Origin: an uncultured Bacteroidota bacterium
Lineage (GTDB): Bacteria; Bacteroidota; Bacteroidia; Flavobacteriales; Flavobacteriaceae
Direction: 5' to 3'
Length of the DNA stretch: 64,000 nt
Assembly: GCA_902586905.1 (NCBI GenBank)
Contig: CACIJH010000006.1
Location: forward strand, 9,874-73,873
Shown piece after piece: positions 1 through 8,855 of the stretch. A program made the position numbers and the translations under genes. The number at the start of each line of letters is the position of its first letter. Position 1 is the first letter of the stretch. The notes beneath the pieces are model-generated. The model saw nothing but the letters and a program-made list of their open reading frames with translations, was not told the origin of the DNA and ran no database searches.

Positions 1-1
1 A

Positions 2-511
2 TCTGGCACAAAAATGGGGATTTTAGCGATTGCGCTTTTTATATTTTTTGTGATAATTAAATCATTTACTTTTAGAACTGTGCTAGGTTTAGTCTGTGGC
101 CTAGCAATAATAAAAAGTCCTAGTTGGATGCCTGGTTTTGTGAGTAAAAGTAGCTTTTGGTCCAATGTATTGGACAGTCATGGTATTTGGGGAGTTCTTT
201 TCTCCCTTCGTGATCAAAAAATATTGGAGTTTTGGGAGATTTTTTCTGAAAACATTTCTCTAAAAACATTTTTATTTGGAGGCACAACAAGGTACTCTCA
301 GCTTTGGGTTGAGGTAGTTCCAATAGATATTCTATCATGGTTTGGGCTTGTTGGATTAACCACCATGTTTCTTTTTCATGTAAAACTCCTTTTATCTTGG
401 GAAAAAACAGTGCCTTTATTCTCTGCATTTGCTGCAGGTTTTTTTGGGCCGTTAGCAATAATCATTTTAGGGTTGTGGTGTTTTTCGTCTAAAAAGATAA
501 ATAAATATTGA
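2..511 (+). CDS. Polytopic membrane protein, C-terminal part (frame open to the left window edge)
   Basis: The frame of ORF 14..511 has no stop back to nt 2. The product is mostly hydrophobic helices (ILAIALFIFFVII, FGLVGLTTMFLF, FFGPLAIIILGLWCF). Its position beside glycan genes suggests an O-antigen ligase/polymerase-type protein, but I recognise no family motif. Confidence 0.35.
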   Translation, partial: SGTKMGILAIALFIFFVIIKSFTFRTVLGLVCGLAIIKSPSWMPGFVSKSSFWSNVLDSHGIWGVLFSLRDQKILEFWEIFSENISLKTFLFGGTTRYSQLWVEVVPIDILSWFGLVGLTTMFLFHVKLLLSWEKTVPLFSAFAAGFFGPLAIIILGLWCFSSKKINKY

Positions 512-556
512 GGGTCAATTAAAGATTCTCACTTAATTTTTAATCAATTGAATATG

Positions 557-1537
557 TTATTCAGAATAGAACAAAAAATCGTCATCCGCAGGTTCAATAA
601 ACTCATGCTGAAGTGTTTTGTGGAGGGCTTTTTCTAGTTTATAGGGAGCTTTAAACGAAGCGTGTGCCTTTGATGCATCAAATTGTGTGTTGGCACAGAA
701 TTTTTTCACACGCACAGAAGATATTGAGAACTTTTTTGCTGTAAGCTTTGAAAGTATATCAAAAAAAAAGCCCACAAGCATTCCAAAAAAATATGGGGTT
801 TTTGTTTTTGGAATGCGTAAATTCATCTTTTTCTCAATAACTGACACCAGTTCCATCATAGTAAAATCCGGTTTGTCTGCGTAATTAAAAACGTGGTAGC
901 CTTGTTCTTTTTTTTCAAGTCGGTCCTTAATAAAAGCAACCACATTGCCTACGTAAGCCATGGATTTTTTGTTTTGCCCCTTACCGATCATCAGAAACTT
1001 CCCTGAGCTAATTTGTTTAAGAAGATTGTACACGTTTCCACGGTTGCGTTCACCAAAAATAACCGTGGGTCTGATGATAGTGACAGATTTACCGATAGGA
1101 TCTTTTTCAAACCATTTTTTGATTACTTGCTCGGCTTGCCATTTGCTTTTCCCATAGTGGTTAAAGGGATCCTCTGGGTGGTCCTCTTTGGGGTTCTGTT
1201 TGTTAAGCCCATAAATGGCAACAGAGCTGGTAAAAACCAGGTGTTTGACACCTGCTTCATCCATTTTTTCAAGCACATTTTTTGTCCCGGTGACGTTGAC
1301 ATCATAATATAGAGAGGTAGGGCTCACATCATCACGGTGTTCGGCAGCCAAAAGAACCACTGCTTTTGTTTGCTTGTCTATAATAATCTCATCTTTCTTT
1401 TGGATATCCCCAATTGTTGTTCTTTCATTGAAAAATGGGGATGGGTTTTTGTCCAAGTTATAGCAGTTTTCAGTGTTAAGTTCTGAAAGAAGTCGAGATC
1501 CTACAAATCCAGATCCTCCAACAATAACACACATCAT
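557..1537 (-). CDS. NAD-dependent sugar-nucleotide epimerase/dehydratase (extended SDR)
   Basis: Rossmann motif VIVGGSGFVGSRL at the N-terminus and catalytic YxxxK as YGKSKWQAE. 326 aa, with a 4-nt overlap with the upstream gene. Confidence 0.85.
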   Translation of the reverse strand: MMCVIVGGSGFVGSRLLSELNTENCYNLDKNPSPFFNERTTIGDIQKKDEIIIDKQTKAVVLLAAEHRDDVSPTSLYYDVNVTGTKNVLEKMDEAGVKHLVFTSSVAIYGLNKQNPKEDHPEDPFNHYGKSKWQAEQVIKKWFEKDPIGKSVTIIRPTVIFGERNRGNVYNLLKQISSGKFLMIGKGQNKKSMAYVGNVVAFIKDRLEKKEQGYHVFNYADKPDFTMMELVSVIEKKMNLRIPKTKTPYFFGMLVGFFFDILSKLTAKKFSISSVRVKKFCANTQFDASKAHASFKAPYKLEKALHKTLQHEFIEPADDDFLFYSE

Positions 1538-2418
1538 GATATTTCTTTTAAAAAGTTAGCATAGTTTTCCCAACCAAAATTTTTTGGAGGTAAGGGCTTT
1601 TCTTGTTTGTTTAGAGGTTCAGATATTGATTTTACACTTAAATCACAAGATGATAAAAACCTCAGAGATTCTTTTGGTGATATCAACCTCTTGTTTAAAA
1701 AAACACAGTCATTCAAAACGCCGCTGAAGGACACGTCTTTGTGGCCGAAAAATATGTAGTCTAAATCTGTTAACAAAGAATAATATCTATTTTCTTCAAT
1801 ATATCCTTTATAATAAGACAGGTTATGTGATTTGAACGGAGGATATCCATCCCCGATACAATAGAAATGATGTTTGGGATATTTAATGGAAATCTCTTTA
1901 AAACGTTTAAAGCCTTTATAGGGCATGTAACGGCCGACTAATCCTATTGTGATTTCTAATTTATCTGAAATTTCTGTTTTTTTATACTCGAATTTGGGTC
2001 CCCCATGTTGAACCACATGCACTCGCTTTGGAAAATAATATTTTTCAGTCTGATGCTTAAGTCGAGTGCTAAAAACCAAAACACGATCGCTTAATAAAAC
2101 CATTAGTTGATTAACTAAAAAAATAATGGGGTTAAGTATCCCAGAATGCGGAATTGGATCGTGGAGATGGAAAAAAATTTTATTGATTCTTAGTTTTAGT
2201 ATAAAAATTAGAAGTGCGTTATACACACTTGTATTATAAATGAAAATATTTGATTTTTTTATTTTTCCGCAATCTACAATTTTAATTAAATGATTCTTCA
2301 ATGAATCTGATTTCATTGAGTAAATTAAGTTCTTTTTGTTGAACTGTTTAAAAATTTCTTTAATGTGATCAAACAATACTGGGTTTAAAGAAATTCCTAC
2401 AAGTTTTATTTTGTTCAT
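1534..2418 (-). CDS. Glycosyltransferase, GT-B fold (GT4/group-1-like), divergent
   Basis: 294 aa. The C-terminal half has GRYMPYKGF and a SGVLNDCVFLNKRLIS segment resembling the GT4 nucleotide-sugar-binding region. Very low GC, inside a glycan operon. Confidence 0.5.
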   Translation of the reverse strand: MNKIKLVGISLNPVLFDHIKEIFKQFNKKNLIYSMKSDSLKNHLIKIVDCGKIKKSNIFIYNTSVYNALLIFILKLRINKIFFHLHDPIPHSGILNPIIFLVNQLMVLLSDRVLVFSTRLKHQTEKYYFPKRVHVVQHGGPKFEYKKTEISDKLEITIGLVGRYMPYKGFKRFKEISIKYPKHHFYCIGDGYPPFKSHNLSYYKGYIEENRYYSLLTDLDYIFFGHKDVSFSGVLNDCVFLNKRLISPKESLRFLSSCDLSVKSISEPLNKQEKPLPPKNFGWENYANFLKEIS

Positions 2419-2427
2419 TTAAAGATT

Positions 2428-3258
2428 TTATTGATCAAGTTGCACTTCTCTTTTGTTTGTATGAATTATTTTTCTTTTTAGTGATTCTGGATTTAAAAGA
2501 CAGTATAATGCAAATTTAGACTTATAAAAATAAATTGAGGAATACTCTTTATTGTTCAGGGAGTAGATTGTGCCTGAAATAAAATTTTTAATAATTTTTA
2601 TAAGGACAAAAGAAAAATAAATCAGTTTGTTTGAAGAGTTGATTTTATTTATGCAATGGCCTAGAATTTGTCTTTTTAATTTTAAGAAAATTGCGTCTTT
2701 TTCTCTCAAATTTGCCACTAAGCTTGTGTTCTTGATTTTTTTATATTTTAAATTCAATCTATTGCAAAAGTCAACATCTCCTGAAGAAAATAGTTTTGCA
2801 TTAAATCCATTAATTGTGTTAAACTTTTCCCTGCTTACTATTAATGAAATGGTTGGGACAAAATTATAATATGTGATAAAAAAATCAATTTTAAATGCGT
2901 TCTTAAAATACCACTTTTCATAGTTGTTTTTTGGCTCTCTATTAAACGTAACGTCAAAGTAACCAATTTCATTTTCTTTAATATCAATTGAAAACTTATT
3001 TGTGAAACTCACATCAGAGTCTAGAAAATATAGCCAATTGCCACAGGATTTTGAAGCTCCAAAATTTCTACAAAAATAACTTCCGTTGATCCCCTTCAGT
3101 TCATAAATTGTAAAGCCAGCTGATGAATAATGTTTGTTTTCAGACTGTCCGTCATTTACAATAATTATTTCTGTTTCATTTTGAATTTTTCTCAAAACAT
3201 TTTTAGCTGTTTTGATTCCTTTTTCTACTGAAACACAGGGGATGATAATGGAAATCAT
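2428..3258 (-). CDS. Family-2 glycosyltransferase (GT-A)
   Basis: MISIIIPCVSVEKGI start, IIVNDGQSEN and an FLDSDV (DxD) motif, all typical of GT2. Confidence 0.75.
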   Translation of the reverse strand: MISIIIPCVSVEKGIKTAKNVLRKIQNETEIIIVNDGQSENKHYSSAGFTIYELKGINGSYFCRNFGASKSCGNWLYFLDSDVSFTNKFSIDIKENEIGYFDVTFNREPKNNYEKWYFKNAFKIDFFITYYNFVPTISLIVSREKFNTINGFNAKLFSSGDVDFCNRLNLKYKKIKNTSLVANLREKDAIFLKLKRQILGHCINKINSSNKLIYFSFVLIKIIKNFISGTIYSLNNKEYSSIYFYKSKFALYCLLNPESLKRKIIHTNKREVQLDQ

Positions 3259-3863
3259 TCGAAAAAGTCTTTTATTAAGTTTTTAAAGTTAAATCTTGCG
3301 TCTGCAAGTTTTGATTTGATTGTGGTCGTGTTTAAGTTAGATTTATTTTTCATTTCCTCTAAAACGTTATCTAAATCTTCAATCTTATTTACCCTTTTTA
3401 AAATTTGTTCAACTGCAGCATTTAAATTGGAAAAGTCAACTTCTAAAACATTATCCCAATCATTCTTAAAGTAATCTAAAGTTTCATAAACGTAATTAAC
3501 ATATGCCAAACAAACATCTATGTTGTTTGAGTCCAGGTTTCTCATGTGAATTCCTTGAGAAAAGGCTTTCATTATATTAATTTTTCTCCATCTTTTGTTA
3601 TAGCTCTCTGCAATAGATTTTCGGTCTCTATTTACAATGACCAATAAGCTTTCTGTTTTGCTGTACTTCTTAGTTAGCTGAGGCATATAAAAGCTTAACC
3701 TGTTATCAAGTTCTATATGAAAATCAGGGTAATTGATTCTCTCATCTTCAAGAAAACTCACTCTGCTTTCGTGTGAGCTTGTGAAACCCGACACACAACT
3801 TAAAGCTTTAGACATTGCAAAAGTTGCGGTTCTGCCTGGACTGATTATAAAAACGTTTTTCAT
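3255..3863 (-). CDS. Candidate PAPS-dependent sulfotransferase (small, divergent)
   Basis: The N-terminal P-loop-like FIISPGRTATFA resembles the 5'-phosphosulfate-binding motif. VIVNRDRKSIAESY resembles the RDPxDxxxS 3'-phosphate-binding motif. 202 aa, overlaps both neighbours by 4 nt, and lies in the same operon as cysDN/cysC/cysQ. Confidence 0.5.
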   Translation of the reverse strand: MKNVFIISPGRTATFAMSKALSCVSGFTSSHESRVSFLEDERINYPDFHIELDNRLSFYMPQLTKKYSKTESLLVIVNRDRKSIAESYNKRWRKINIMKAFSQGIHMRNLDSNNIDVCLAYVNYVYETLDYFKNDWDNVLEVDFSNLNAAVEQILKRVNKIEDLDNVLEEMKNKSNLNTTTIKSKLADARFNFKNLIKDFFE

Positions 3864-4984
3864 TTTTTTGTAATGTAAATTAATATCATGAAGAGAGTTG
3901 CCACTAAAAATCCTGGAATGAGCTTAGTAATAAAATATGATGAAATTCCAAGGGTTGGGGCAGATCTCACCAAAAAATAGGTAGAGTATATAAGAAAAAC
4001 AACTAATAATCCTTTATGATTAGCTAGGTAAATGAGATTTGTAAAAAACCTAATTAAAAACGTAAAAAGGAATAAAATAAAAGGGTAAAAAACATTAGTG
4101 AAATATCCAAAATTTAAATACGCTTCTCCAAATTGTGTTGGAGTCATCACAAAAATTTCTGAATTTATTTTGTTAAAATGTGATGTAACTATTTGTTGCA
4201 TGCTGAGAGTTGTACTACTAAAGACTGATTTAAAATCATTTATGTAACCATAGCCATACATAAATTCATTATTTGTAGTGTATTTCAGTATTCTACTAAT
4301 GTTTACTTCATAATTAATTAAGAAAATCCTTTCAAAGATTGAAAGAATCACTAAAATTATATCCGACTGTGTTCTAATTTTAGTAATAAATACTAACAAA
4401 ATAAAAAACAAAGCGCCCAAAACAAGAATCCTTAAAGAAAAAAAAGTCTTAACTAAATTAATTTTCCTCGTATAAGAATAGGTTAAAAAAGATATAAATA
4501 AAACGTCCATAACTCTTGATCTAAACCCTGTTAAAAGCATTAAAATTATTGTGAGAAGGATCAAAATTATTCTTGTCTTTTTTTTATCCAATGTGAACAA
4601 ACACACATTGTAAATAATAAAAAAGTAATTTGCAGTAGTGATTATTCTATCAAATACTCCTAATCGGTCCGCAAAAATTACCCGATCTAATTCTGGTTTT
4701 TCTGAAAGCAGTGGGGGTGAAAATAAAATTAAGGCCAAAAACAAGCTTGTTGGCCCTAACAAAAATAAAATAATGTTAAAAGTCTTATCTTCGTTGATAA
4801 CGTTGATCTTGATTAAGTTTTTAGAATAGGGAGGATAAAAATTTAAAATTAAAGAACATATTATAATAAAGAACAGACAGTTTAATATCAATAAAAAATC
4901 TCCGAATAAAAATATAGCAATTCCATAAAAAATTAATGAAAAAAACAAGAAAATTGAGACAGATAAATTTGAAAAACTATTCAT
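3860..4984 (-). CDS. Wzy/EpsG-like polysaccharide polymerase (polytopic membrane protein)
   Basis: 374 aa with about 10 hydrophobic helices, very AT-rich, in the typical position in a Wzx/Wzy locus. No catalytic motif can be verified by eye. Confidence 0.5.
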   Translation of the reverse strand: MNSFSNLSVSIFLFFSLIFYGIAIFLFGDFLLILNCLFFIIICSLILNFYPPYSKNLIKINVINEDKTFNIILFLLGPTSLFLALILFSPPLLSEKPELDRVIFADRLGVFDRIITTANYFFIIYNVCLFTLDKKKTRIILILLTIILMLLTGFRSRVMDVLFISFLTYSYTRKINLVKTFFSLRILVLGALFFILLVFITKIRTQSDIILVILSIFERIFLINYEVNISRILKYTTNNEFMYGYGYINDFKSVFSSTTLSMQQIVTSHFNKINSEIFVMTPTQFGEAYLNFGYFTNVFYPFILFLFTFLIRFFTNLIYLANHKGLLVVFLIYSTYFLVRSAPTLGISSYFITKLIPGFLVATLFMILIYITKK

Positions 4985-6077
4985 TTAAGGTTTTTTGTAA
5001 TTTATTATAATGCAGAATAGAAACACTTATTGATATAAATAGGCCAAGTAATGTAATTGAAATGATAGTGTTCAATAAATTGTAAAAAATAATGGTTGTG
5101 GCCAAAACAGCCAGATCAATAATTAATTTATAACCTCTTTGATTTAAAAAAACCAATAGCCACCCGCTGGCACCAACAGAGTAGTGAGCTACAATTGTTA
5201 ATGCAGTGAAAATAAGTGACATAGTAATCTTTGAATCTAGATTTAATATAAAAAGGTTTATTAAGTACAGTATAATGCTTAACCCAAAACAATAGATTAT
5301 TGAAATATATAAATTTTGTGAAATGTTTTTTTTAAACAACATTGATAAAGTCGATGTTTTTTCATTTCTTGCAAACTCACCAATAAATTTATGTTGGTTA
5401 GCTATGTAAAGAGATTTACCCATCTTTACTACATAGAATAATAAGAAAATATCTCCCCCCTCTTTTCCATAAATTGAAAAAATTAACACCGTTTCAATAT
5501 TAGATAATGCAAAATTACTACAGGATGAAGCCCATGAATAAAAAGATTGTTTTTTAAAAAAGGTCTGATTCGTCTGGATATAGTTTAATTCGGTCTTAAT
5601 TTGTTTCATTATAAGGCCGTAAGTAAAAAAAAACGCCAACAATATTGTTAAAGTTATTTTTACAGTGAAATCTGTGGGGATTAACAAAAAAATCAACCAA
5701 ATTTTTGACCATAAAAAGTTTGAAAGTAATAATTTTTCTTTTTTTAAATTTAATAAGCTAAATACATTTGAAGAACTATTAAAAAAAACTAATAAAAGTG
5801 AAAGAAGATGATTTAAAACAAACTCTTTAGAATAATAAAAAACATCAAAAACAAATAGCAACATTAATGTGAACGTTAATGGAACTAACAGAAACTCTTT
5901 CTCTGTTTTTAGTTGTTCAACTTGGTTTCCAAAAAATCCAACTGAGTAGCTAAAGTTGCTCAAAAAAACTATTATCGTAACAATAAATTGTTCGTCAGTA
6001 TTATATAACCTTTTACTAAAAAAAATTATTAGTACAGGGATTATAAAGGACAGTAAACGATTAAAATAATTGATCAA
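4977..6077 (-). CDS. Wzx-like flippase / polytopic membrane protein
   Basis: 366 aa and hydrophobic throughout. Overlaps the Wzy-like gene by 8 nt and the acetyltransferase by 4 nt. Shorter than classical Wzx, so the assignment rests on context only. Confidence 0.4.
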   Translation of the reverse strand: MINYFNRLLSFIIPVLIIFFSKRLYNTDEQFIVTIIVFLSNFSYSVGFFGNQVEQLKTEKEFLLVPLTFTLMLLFVFDVFYYSKEFVLNHLLSLLLVFFNSSSNVFSLLNLKKEKLLLSNFLWSKIWLIFLLIPTDFTVKITLTILLAFFFTYGLIMKQIKTELNYIQTNQTFFKKQSFYSWASSCSNFALSNIETVLIFSIYGKEGGDIFLLFYVVKMGKSLYIANQHKFIGEFARNEKTSTLSMLFKKNISQNLYISIIYCFGLSIILYLINLFILNLDSKITMSLIFTALTIVAHYSVGASGWLLVFLNQRGYKLIIDLAVLATTIIFYNLLNTIISITLLGLFISISVSILHYNKLQKTLNE

Positions 6078-6661
6078 TTTAATGTAGTATTAAAAAACTC
6101 GGCGTTTTTTTTGATTTTTTTAACATCCCATTCCCACCATTTTGATTTTAAAAATTCATGTTGGCCTTTTTTATCAAATCTAGTCCGGATTAAAACAGCG
6201 GGGTTTCCAGCAATAACACTAAAATCATCAAATTTTTTTGTGACTACACTTCCTGCTCCAACGACACACCCCTTACCAATTCCTGCTCCAGGTAAAAAAG
6301 TAACATTATCACCAATCCACGATCCATCGCCAACTTCAATTTTTCCCTTAAAAACAGTTAAACTGGAAATACCCAATTTATTTTGAAGATAATCTTGAAT
6401 GTTTGGGTAATTAATTGAATGATTTCGGTGTCTTACTCTAAAATTATGTGCAATTGCACAATAATTTCCAATCATTGTTTCATTCGAAATAAAACATATT
6501 CCATTAATTCTAGTTCCTTTTCCAATTTTTACATTAAAACCAATATTTGAACAAGGGTGAATAAAGGATGCTTTTTTAAATCTGTACTTATACTTGATTA
6601 AAAAAAATAGTTTAAGTATTAAGTTTTTTAAAATAATTTTAAAATTAAAAATAACCCTCAT
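6074..6661 (-). CDS. Hexapeptide-repeat (LbH) acetyltransferase, XAT/CatB-Vat-like; probable sugar O-acetyltransferase
   Basis: Hexapeptide repeats IGDNVTFLPGAGIGKGCVVGAGSVV, followed by the AGNPAVLIRTRF and KWWEWD tail typical of xenobiotic-type acetyltransferases. Confidence 0.8.
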   Translation of the reverse strand: MRVIFNFKIILKNLILKLFFLIKYKYRFKKASFIHPCSNIGFNVKIGKGTRINGICFISNETMIGNYCAIAHNFRVRHRNHSINYPNIQDYLQNKLGISSLTVFKGKIEVGDGSWIGDNVTFLPGAGIGKGCVVGAGSVVTKKFDDFSVIAGNPAVLIRTRFDKKGQHEFLKSKWWEWDVKKIKKNAEFFNTTLN

Positions 6662-6672
6662 AGATATGTTTA

Positions 6673-7926
6673 TTAAATTATCATCCCCGCTCCCACAGTT
6701 TCATAGGTTTGAGGGTCAATTAAAATTAAACTTCCTGTGCTTCTGTTGCGTTTGTAGTGGTCTGTAAAAAACGGTTGAGCCACCCTTAGGTTTACCCTTC
6801 CGATCGAATTTAACCCTAACTCGGTGACGCCCTCAATGCGGTGAAGTGTGTTGATGTCCACTTCATAAAGGATGTCCCCCACCATGGCTTTGGTCTCCAA
6901 GGTGGTATGTTTTACCAAAAGCTTTCTGCTGGAAGTGAGTGATTTTTCATTCATCCATGTAACCAGCAGCTCTAGGTTTTGTTGAATATCTGGAGAATTA
7001 TTTTCGCGGACAAGCATATCGCCTCGACTAATGTCAATTTCATCCTCTAGAGTCATCGTGACTGACATGGGCGAAAATGCCTCATTAACCTTTTTTTTCC
7101 CAACATAAATCTCCTTGACTTTGGTGGTAAAACCAGACGGCAGCGCTTTGATGGAGTCGCCTGGCTTAAATACACCCCCTTCTATTCTACCAGCATACCC
7201 TCTAAAGTCCTGAAATCCCTCGCGGTGAGGACGTATGACCGTTTGTATGGGAAAGCGACAATCGACATGGTTTAAATCGCTTGAAATATGAACGTTCTCC
7301 AACTCATGAATCAAAGTCCCTCCTTTATACCAAGGCATGTTTTCAGATTTGTTGACCACATTATCCCCAACCAATGCTGAGATAGGAATAAATCGGATGT
7401 CCTTCACGTTGAGTTTAGAAGAAAAGCTTTCATAATCAGAAACAATTTTGTTAAACACATCTTCGCTATAATCCACCAAATCCATTTTGTTAACACACAC
7501 AATTACGTGTGGAATTCCCAATAGGGATGCTATAAAAGAGTGCCGGTGTGTTTGCTCCAGCATGCCCTTACGCGCATCGATCAAAATAATGGCCAAATTA
7601 GCTGTTGAAGCGCCCGTCACCATGTTTCGTGTGTACTGTACGTGTCCTGGGGTATCAGCGATAATAAATTTGCGTTTGGGTGTTTCAAAATAGCGGTATG
7701 CCACATCGATGGTGATTCCTTGCTCTCTTTCAGATTTTAAACCATCTGTCAATAGCGAAAGATCCACATAATCAAACCCTTTGTTCTTTGAGGACTCCTC
7801 CACAGCTTCCAATTGGTCTTGAAAAATCGCTTTGGAATCATATAGCAATCGGCCTATGAGTGTGCTTTTTCCATCATCTACACTTCCTGCGGTTGTAAAA
7901 CGTAAAATTTCTTTTTGAGATTTCAT
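6673..7926 (-). CDS. cysN: Sulfate adenylyltransferase subunit 1 (GTPase)
   Basis: G motifs GSVDDGKSTLIGRLL, DTPGHVQYTRNM and NKMD. 417 aa, with no fused kinase domain. Confidence 0.95.
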   Translation of the reverse strand: MKSQKEILRFTTAGSVDDGKSTLIGRLLYDSKAIFQDQLEAVEESSKNKGFDYVDLSLLTDGLKSEREQGITIDVAYRYFETPKRKFIIADTPGHVQYTRNMVTGASTANLAIILIDARKGMLEQTHRHSFIASLLGIPHVIVCVNKMDLVDYSEDVFNKIVSDYESFSSKLNVKDIRFIPISALVGDNVVNKSENMPWYKGGTLIHELENVHISSDLNHVDCRFPIQTVIRPHREGFQDFRGYAGRIEGGVFKPGDSIKALPSGFTTKVKEIYVGKKKVNEAFSPMSVTMTLEDEIDISRGDMLVRENNSPDIQQNLELLVTWMNEKSLTSSRKLLVKHTTLETKAMVGDILYEVDINTLHRIEGVTELGLNSIGRVNLRVAQPFFTDHYKRNRSTGSLILIDPQTYETVGAGMII

Positions 7927-7949
7927 TTAGGTCTGGTCTTGTAAGTCGT

Positions 7950-8855
7950 TTAAAAATACCCTTGTTTCTTTCTATCTTCCATGGCGGTTTCGCCTCTTTT
8001 GTCGTCTGCCCTTGAACCCCTTTCGGTGGTTCTGGTAGTGGCGATTTCATTAATGATTTCATCAATCGTTGTAGCATGAGACTCCACCGCTCCAGTGATG
8101 GGCATATCTCCACAAGTGCGATAACGTACCGTCATTTCTACCACTTCTTCGCCCTCTTTTAAGGGTAAATATGGGCCTTCTGCGAGGATTACACAATCAC
8201 GAACAACACATCTTCTGTTGTGTGAATAGTAGAGTGAAGGCAACTCAATGTTTTCGCGTTTGATATATTCCCATACATCCATTTCTGTCCAGTTTGAAAT
8301 AGGAAAAACCCTAAAATGTTCTCCCATTTGTTTTTTCGGATTGAAAAGATTCCAAAGCTCTGGCCTTTGGTTCTTTGGGTCCCATTGTCCAAAGGCATCT
8401 CTGTGTGAAAAAAACCGTTCTTTTGCCCGGGCTTTTTCCTCATCACGACGCGCACCGCCCATAGCGCCATCAATTTTGTGATTTTCAAGACATTCTAAAA
8501 GTGTTTCTATCTGTAGAAAATTTCTTGAAGCATTTGCCCCGGTTTCTTCCTTTACAAGCCCCCTGTCAATGGCGCTCTGTACAGAGCCAACAATTAAATT
8601 AACCCCCAGCTTTTCAGCAAGATTATCTCTAAACGAAATGGTTTCTGGAAAATTGTGCCCTGTATCAACATGAATCAAAGGGAAAGGAATTCGCGCTGGA
8701 TAAAAGGCTTTTTTGGCAAGGTGTGTAAGAACAATTGAATCCTTACCCCCAGAAAATAGAAGTGCCGGGTTTTCAAAAGACGACACGACTTCACGAATGA
8801 CAAAAATGGCTTCGGATTCGAGTTCGTCTAAATGTGTAAGGTTGTAATTTCCCAT
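7950..8855 (-). CDS. cysD: Sulfate adenylyltransferase subunit 2
   Basis: PAPS-reductase-fold PP-loop FSGGKDSIVL. 301 aa, with a conserved C-terminal ...DKRGETAMEDRKKQGYF. Confidence 0.95.
   Translation of the reverse strand: MGNYNLTHLDELESEAIFVIREVVSSFENPALLFSGGKDSIVLTHLAKKAFYPARIPFPLIHVDTGHNFPETISFRDNLAEKLGVNLIVGSVQSAIDRGLVKEETGANASRNFLQIETLLECLENHKIDGAMGGARRDEEKARAKERFFSHRDAFGQWDPKNQRPELWNLFNPKKQMGEHFRVFPISNWTEMDVWEYIKRENIELPSLYYSHNRRCVVRDCVILAEGPYLPLKEGEEVVEMTVRYRTCGDMPITGAVESHATTIDEIINEIATTRTTERGSRADDKRGETAMEDRKKQGYF

Noticed and set aside
7874-8113. 79-aa ORF bridging the cysN start and cysD end
   Set aside because: It is out of frame with two strongly supported genes, and the product is unremarkable.
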